Origin: an uncultured virus (IMG/VR IMGVR_UViG_3300020231_000201)
Taxonomy: Duplodnaviria; Heunggongvirae; Uroviricota; Caudoviricetes
Length of the DNA: 20,000 bases
Reading direction: 5' to 3' (one strand)
Virus record (IMG/VR): IMGVR_UViG_3300020231_000201
Shown: positions 15,817 to 20,000 of the stretch, piece by piece
How the letters are laid out: every line of letters begins with the position of its first letter
Numbering within the stretch: position 1 is the stretch's first letter
Notes under the pieces: generated by a model
Seen by the model: the letters and a program-made list of their open reading frames with translations, nothing else
Database searches by the model: none
What the model was told of the DNA's origin: nothing
Program-made: the position numbers and the translations under genes

Positions 15817-15945
15817 ATGTGGTTTTTTGGTTATAAAGCAGAATGTGAAATTTGTGGTAAGCGTGGATTTGAAATGACCAAAGACAGAACAGTTTACTGT
15901 AAAAGACATTGGGATTATTATTTTGATAGAATGGTGATTAGATGA
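15817..15945 (+). CDS. 42-aa Zn-finger microprotein
   Basis: CEICG...YCKRHW. Confidence 0.65.
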   Translation: MWFFGYKAECEICGKRGFEMTKDRTVYCKRHWDYYFDRMVIR

Positions 15946-16118
15946 GTATTGAATTTTTACTAAATACCAATGGACACCAACATTCTGTCTTAGTTGGGAA
16001 AAAATGTGCTTACTGTATGGAGTGTGGACAAATTTTAATTGAATACAAAGACAAAAAACATTTTTACAGATTAATGAATCCTTTAACTGAATCTGATGAT
16101 GATTACGATGGGGAATAG
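15942..16118 (+). CDS. 58-aa Cys/His microprotein
   Basis: HQH...CAYCMECG; ATGA-coupled. Confidence 0.6.
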   Translation: MSIEFLLNTNGHQHSVLVGKKCAYCMECGQILIEYKDKKHFYRLMNPLTESDDDYDGE

Positions 16119-16251
16119 TTGTTTACATCCTATCGAAATGGGAACAGTATTAGATTGGATAGTTGAACCTAATACATTAATTTTATTAATGAAATGTCGT
16201 TCGTGCGGTACAAACTGCAAAATCACAGTAGTAAAAGGTATGAGATTTTGA
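16108..16251 (+). CDS. 47-aa Zn-ribbon microprotein
   Basis: CLH...KCRSCG. Confidence 0.6.
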   Translation: MGNSCLHPIEMGTVLDWIVEPNTLILLMKCRSCGTNCKITVVKGMRF

Positions 16252-16253
16252 AG

Positions 16254-16535
16254 ATGTCAGAACAAAAAACCTTTGATGAAAAATATATTCATGTTATTAA
16301 TGAAATGACAGATTATCTCATAGACGAAAAATTAACTAACATAGGCTTAACCCTCAAATTTGGAAATCAAGAATGGGAATTTAAACTAGGAAAAGTAATT
16401 GATAGATTTTCAGAAGATCATCCATACTGTAAAAAACTTTGTGATAATTGTGGTTATGGAACTCATAGTCAATGTGATCAACCTGAAAAATGTCACGACA
16501 CAGATCAACTTCATCATTGGGTTGATTTAGATTGA
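16254..16535 (+). CDS. Hypothetical protein with C-terminal Cys/His cluster
   Basis: MSEQKTF...CDNCGYGTHSQC...CH; ATG 16254 preferred to 16194. Confidence 0.65.
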   Translation: MSEQKTFDEKYIHVINEMTDYLIDEKLTNIGLTLKFGNQEWEFKLGKVIDRFSEDHPYCKKLCDNCGYGTHSQCDQPEKCHDTDQLHHWVDLD

Positions 16536-16652
16536 ACAATCCAATAGCCGAAGATACTAATCATATTATCTATGAAGATAAAGACGGTAAAAAGACTCTT
16601 TATTGTTTATATCCAAACGAATGTAAAATCAAACATGGAATAGGAGTTGTTA

Positions 16653-16892
16653 ATGTCTAGCCAAATAACAACACACTACAAATACATTAAATTTGAATTA
16701 GCAGAACAGAAACCTAAAACCCTAGTTTATGACATTTTGAATATCAAAAGTGGTGACCAAATAGGACAGGTAAAATGGTTTGCAAACTGGCGACAATATG
16801 TATTCTTTCCAGAACGTGAATGTATTTTTTCAGTAGGATGCCTTGATGATATTATTGATTTTACAAAAAAGGTTCAAGAGAATCACAAGTGA
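16653..16892 (+). CDS. Conserved-looking viral hypothetical protein
   Basis: KPKT...GQVKWFANWRQYVFFP...CLDDI, a pattern I recall from phage/viral genomes; AGGAG upstream. Confidence 0.7.
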   Translation: MSSQITTHYKYIKFELAEQKPKTLVYDILNIKSGDQIGQVKWFANWRQYVFFPERECIFSVGCLDDIIDFTKKVQENHK

Positions 16893-16899
16893 TTAGTTG

Positions 16900-17025
16900 A
16901 TGTCTAAAATTAAATGGTTTGGGATATTCGATACTTGTTGTAGAGTTAGAGATAATATTAAAATTATTGGTATGAATAGTGATTTAGGTCAATGCCAAGA
17001 GTGTAAGAGGATCTTCAAACAATGA
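16900..17025 (+). CDS. 41-aa Cys microprotein
   Basis: TCC...QCQECKRIF. Confidence 0.55.
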   Translation: MSKIKWFGIFDTCCRVRDNIKIIGMNSDLGQCQECKRIFKQ

Positions 17026-17138
17026 TTCCTTACTACGATGAAGAAACTATTTGTGGTCTTTGTAATAAGAATATCAAAAAGATAAATCAAATTGTTTGTA
17101 GCGAATGTCATAAGAAGTGTGTGCCAGGAAAGATATGA
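17022..17138 (+). CDS. 38-aa Zn-ribbon microprotein
   Basis: CGLC...VCSECHKKC; ATGA-coupled at both ends. Confidence 0.65.
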   Translation: MIPYYDEETICGLCNKNIKKINQIVCSECHKKCVPGKI

Positions 17139-17323
17139 CTCTTAGATCTGACCAAGTAAACAAAGTGTTCGTTATGTCAAAAGAAGATGCTGAAAAACTA
17201 ATGACTGAAAAATGTGAAAAGTGTGGACATTTAGTTGATGATCATTTCTTACCTACAAATACTTTTAAATCTAAAAAAAATAAAACCTATACTTGTCGTG
17301 ATTGTGGATGTGAGATTACTTGA
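17135..17323 (+). CDS. Small Zn-binding protein
   Basis: CEKCGH...H...CRDCGC; ATG 17135 is coupled. Confidence 0.65.
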   Translation: MTLRSDQVNKVFVMSKEDAEKLMTEKCEKCGHLVDDHFLPTNTFKSKKNKTYTCRDCGCEIT

Positions 17324-17401
17324 AGTGTGATTATTGTCCAACAGATTCAATGGATGGATTAGTAAAAAAACATTCCATGAAATAATGTGTTGTGATTGAT
17401 G

Positions 17402-17485
17402 ATGAATCGTATCTGTAAAAAATGTAAGATAATATTAGATTTTCGTGAAAAGGTTTACTGTACTAATTGTGAGGATAAAAAATGA
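17402..17485 (+). CDS. 27-aa Zn-ribbon microprotein
   Basis: CKKC...YCTNC. Confidence 0.55.
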   Translation: MNRICKKCKIILDFREKVYCTNCEDKK

Positions 17486-17646
17486 GAGGACTTTGCCCTT
17501 CTTGTTTATCAAGCGATCAGGAACTTATAGAATACAAAGGAACTTTTCTTTGTATGAATTGCCATCATACTAAGTTTAAATCGTCAGAAGAAAACAAACC
17601 CGTACCTACAATGAATGATTTAAAAAAAAAACTGGAGAGAAAATGA
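17482..17646 (+). CDS. 54-aa Zn-ribbon protein
   Basis: MRGLCPSCLSS...LCMNC...PTMNDLKKKLE; coupled at both ends. Confidence 0.7.
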   Translation: MRGLCPSCLSSDQELIEYKGTFLCMNCHHTKFKSSEENKPVPTMNDLKKKLERK

Positions 17647-17951
17647 GCTTAAAGGACTTCATGTTATCCATAGAGAAATTAGCTAAAGCAAAAGGTTACA
17701 ATCAAAATACAGGTTGGCTATTCTGGAAATTTTTAACTGAACTTGGAGAGTGGTCAAAGGCAATTGAAGAAGGAAAATCAAAAGACGTTATTAGTGAAGA
17801 AGGAGCTGACGTACTACATCTGTTCTTCCAGATTGAAAACAAGCATGGAAATGGTTATCCAGATCTTTCCTTACAAAGAAAGATAGATAAGAACTGGAAT
17901 TCTAAGAAGAAAACACTTGATGAAAATACACAGGAGATAGTTAGAAAATAA
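17643..17951 (+). CDS. MazG-like all-alpha NTP pyrophosphohydrolase
   Basis: LTELGEWSKAI...SEEGADVL gives the ExxE...ExxD metal-binding pattern. Confidence 0.8.
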   Translation: MSLKDFMLSIEKLAKAKGYNQNTGWLFWKFLTELGEWSKAIEEGKSKDVISEEGADVLHLFFQIENKHGNGYPDLSLQRKIDKNWNSKKKTLDENTQEIVRK

Positions 17952-18055
17952 AGGAAAATAATTACAAACACAAATGCAAAAACTGTATATTCACATTTCA
18001 AGATAAATTTGATCTTGGTATTCACTTACTTCAACATAGAGATAAAAATGAGTGA
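17948..18055 (+). CDS. 35-aa C2H2 zinc finger with apparent ATA start, or a start-lost pseudogene
   Basis: CKNCIFTFQDKFDLGIHLLQH = Cx2Cx3Fx5Lx2Hx3H; in-frame TAG at 17942 and no NTG codon in the frame. Confidence 0.55.
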   Translation: MKENNYKHKCKNCIFTFQDKFDLGIHLLQHRDKNE

Positions 18056-18173
18056 GGAAGATTCTCTAAAGTGGTTAGATTATTTAAGGAAAGGATCAAT
18101 AATTTTTTGGGTAACTGCAACTGTTATTGCAGTATCATTAACAATTCTTTATCATTTAGGAATTAGACTATGA
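18048..18173 (+). CDS. 41-aa single-TM microprotein
   Basis: IIFWVTATVIAVSLTILYHL helix; coupled to the next gene. Confidence 0.6.
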   Translation: MSEEDSLKWLDYLRKGSIIFWVTATVIAVSLTILYHLGIRL

Positions 18174-18415
18174 AAATAGATGAGGTAAAAAAATTTAAAA
18201 AGTGCCACAGGATTGGTCATGAACTAATTTTTGGGATTGATTCAACAGGAGTAATAGTAAAGGTTTGTAAAAAATGTGGAGTGATTTGGAAAAGACATTG
18301 GATAAAAGACATGAAAATGACTACAAGAAACATTAAAAGACAAATTAACTTTACAAAATATGACGAAATTACTGAAAAACAAGCAATAAAATATGAAGCT
18401 ACGGAAAGTTACTGA
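18170..18415 (+). CDS. Small protein with CxxxGH...CxxC
   Basis: CHRIGHE...VCKKCG. Confidence 0.65.
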   Translation: MKIDEVKKFKKCHRIGHELIFGIDSTGVIVKVCKKCGVIWKRHWIKDMKMTTRNIKRQINFTKYDEITEKQAIKYEATESY

Positions 18416-18548
18416 ATCTCGCTTCAAAGCAAATCCACCTGTTTGCGAAAAGTGTGATAAAACAGTTCCAGTTGGAGAAGAATTTTATGTTGTAGAACCA
18501 TCAAAAATTAAATACTGCAAGCCATGTGGAGATAAATTGTATCAATGA
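18393..18548 (+). CDS. 51-aa treble-clef/LIM-like Zn finger
   Basis: CEKCDKTVPVGEE...KYCKPCGDKL; similar to 6103..6282. Confidence 0.7.
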   Translation: MKLRKVTESRFKANPPVCEKCDKTVPVGEEFYVVEPSKIKYCKPCGDKLYQ

Positions 18549-18763
18549 CTTGTAAGGGAATCTGCATCAGATACAAAGCTGTTACAATAAAGAACGTAAA
18601 ATATCATGGAAGATACTTAGATGGACAATCAAGATGTGATGTGTGCGATATTTACATTCGTTGGGATGGTAATTCCTGTCCTTGTTGTCATTACAAAATA
18701 AGAAAGAATCCTAGAAAAAAAACATCAAAATTAGTGTTGAGGGCAATCTTGAAGAGGATATGA
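18545..18763 (+). CDS. Zn-binding protein, paralogue B of 10045..10278
   Basis: MTCKGICIRYKA...GRYLDGQSRCDVCDIYIRWDGNSCPCCHYKIRKNPR. Confidence 0.8.
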   Translation: MTCKGICIRYKAVTIKNVKYHGRYLDGQSRCDVCDIYIRWDGNSCPCCHYKIRKNPRKKTSKLVLRAILKRI

Positions 18764-18988
18764 ATGAAGCCTAAATTCCCTCGCATTTACAAAGGCAAAA
18801 ATCTTGTGTACCGAGATAAATTTAATCATATCATTTCAATGGTGATTTTAAGAAAAAACAATTATTCATCATTAGAAAGATTTGAAAATGTGTATTATTG
18901 CCATAAATGTAAGAAATTCATTAAAGCAACTAAATCTAAATTCACAATATATGGTAAACAAATTCAAAGTGATTTGATGAATGGCTAG
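18764..18988 (+). CDS. Basic protein with CxxC
   Basis: YYCHKCKKF. Confidence 0.6.
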   Translation: MKPKFPRIYKGKNLVYRDKFNHIISMVILRKNNYSSLERFENVYYCHKCKKFIKATKSKFTIYGKQIQSDLMNG

Positions 18989-19061
18989 ATTATCTCATCA
19001 TCCTAAGAATGTAGTACAAGAACAATATCGTAGAAAGAGTAGAAGAAAGCTAGGAAGATGA
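18981..19061 (+). CDS. Possible 26-aa basic peptide
   Basis: MARLSHHPKNVVQEQYRRKSRRKLGR; overlaps both neighbours. Confidence 0.4.
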   Translation: MARLSHHPKNVVQEQYRRKSRRKLGR

Positions 19062-19204
19062 AGGAAGTTGAAAAGTTGAAATCAAAACTGAAAATGATGG
19101 AAATTAGTTTTGAACTTATTAACAAATCAAGAAATGATCTCATAAAACAATTGGCAGAACAGGAAATTATTAATGAAAAATTGTTAAAAGAGCTAGGAAG
19201 ATAA
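19058..19204 (+). CDS. 48-aa coiled-coil microprotein
   Basis: Heptad-like L/I spacing; coupled at both ends. Confidence 0.6.
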   Translation: MKEVEKLKSKLKMMEISFELINKSRNDLIKQLAEQEIINEKLLKELGR

Positions 19205-19365
19205 TGGCACTTTACGATGATGATTCATATGGATTCGTTGATCTAATCAAAATGAATTGTTCATCAGAGAACTGTGATGAACAAACCAAACGTTTCTGCC
19301 AAGCCTGTCACAAATGGTTTTGTAAGAATCACATACAAGGACACATCTGCCATAAACCGAAATGA
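19204..19365 (+). CDS. 53-aa AN1-like zinc finger
   Basis: CSSENC...FCQACHKWFCKNHIQGHIC. Confidence 0.75.
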   Translation: MALYDDDSYGFVDLIKMNCSSENCDEQTKRFCQACHKWFCKNHIQGHICHKPK

Positions 19366-20000
19366 TAAGGAAAACCAAGAGACAAATTCAACGTTCATTG
19401 GAACATATCAGAAACAAAGAACGAGATAAAAGAAACACTGCAATTTATTATAAAAAAAATAAAAAGAAACTATTATCTTATTCTAAAAAATGGGTTAAAG
19501 AAAATCCAGAGAAAGTAAGAATTTTTGTAAAAAGATCAAGACAAAGACAAAAGGAACGTATGAAAAAAGATCCTGTCTATGCTGAAAGAATAAAAGAAAT
19601 TGGAAGGAAGTATTCTAAAAATAATAGAAAAAAAATCAACGATAGAAGAAAAGAAAGAATTAGAACTGATCCCAAATTTAGAAAACGATTACAGGCTTAT
19701 GCTAGAAAAAATTACAGGAAACATAAGAGGGAGAGAAATGAATATAGTAGAAAATACTATCCAATACATAAACCACATATTCAAAAACTTGCAAAGAGAT
19801 ACAGAAAAAACAACAAGAAGCGAATGAACAAAAAACAAAGAGAATGGTATCATAAGAATAAAAAACGGCAATTAAAAAATGTGGAAAGATGGAGAACTGA
19901 AAATCGTGAATATGTACTTGCTTTAAAAAGAAAATACAACAAAAAGTATCAAAAGAGGCAAAAACTTTTGGCAAAAAAGAAGATAAAGAAACCACGTTGA
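19362..20000 (+). CDS. Extremely basic helical repeat protein
   Basis: Units of about 14 aa, e.g. YYKKNKKKLL, YSKNNRKKIN, YRKNNKKRMN, WYHKNKKRQL; TGA ends at 20000. Confidence 0.75.
   Translation: MIRKTKRQIQRSLEHIRNKERDKRNTAIYYKKNKKKLLSYSKKWVKENPEKVRIFVKRSRQRQKERMKKDPVYAERIKEIGRKYSKNNRKKINDRRKERIRTDPKFRKRLQAYARKNYRKHKRERNEYSRKYYPIHKPHIQKLAKRYRKNNKKRMNKKQREWYHKNKKRQLKNVERWRTENREYVLALKRKYNKKYQKRQKLLAKKKIKKPR

Noticed and set aside
17320..17400. Short ORF MKCDYC... with an A7 run that might be a frameshift site
   Set aside because: Too short and ambiguous; neither frame yields a convincing product.
787..19995. Other minus-strand and nested track ORFs (e.g. 787, 1114, 2560, 2628, 3221, 3496, 3747, 3911, 5376, 8306, 12144, 12485, 13248, 18242, 19600, 19689, 19702)
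   Set aside because: Shadows of coupled plus-strand genes, with no recognisable motifs.

Overview
AT-rich, very gene-dense, almost entirely plus-strand window. Most genes are short and joined by overlapping stop/start codons (ATGA, TTGA, TAATG), and several apparently leaderless genes follow archaeal TATA-like boxes. The organisation suggests the accessory region of an archaeal virus or large mobile element, but no capsid, terminase, polymerase or integrase gene is recognisable. The host is probably Nitrososphaerota, judged from my recollection of two small Zn-binding protein families; this was not searched. Recognisable products are two tandem ParB/Srx-domain paralogues with a shared Cys/His tail, a C-terminal RHH protein, a HerA/FtsK-like ATPase with aberrant Walker motifs, a MazG-like pyrophosphatase and two Lys/Arg-rich repeat proteins. 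There is also a run of eight membrane-protein genes and about 30 Cys/His-rich microproteins, many below the ORF-track cut-off. The most striking feature is the only long non-coding gap (about 11565-11950). It has its own TATA box and three long G-U-containing hairpins. The first hairpin has a bulge-helix-bulge-like motif and carries a near copy of the 16S rRNA 3' tail, with its anti-Shine-Dalgarno core in the apical loop. This is a candidate undescribed viral ncRNA.
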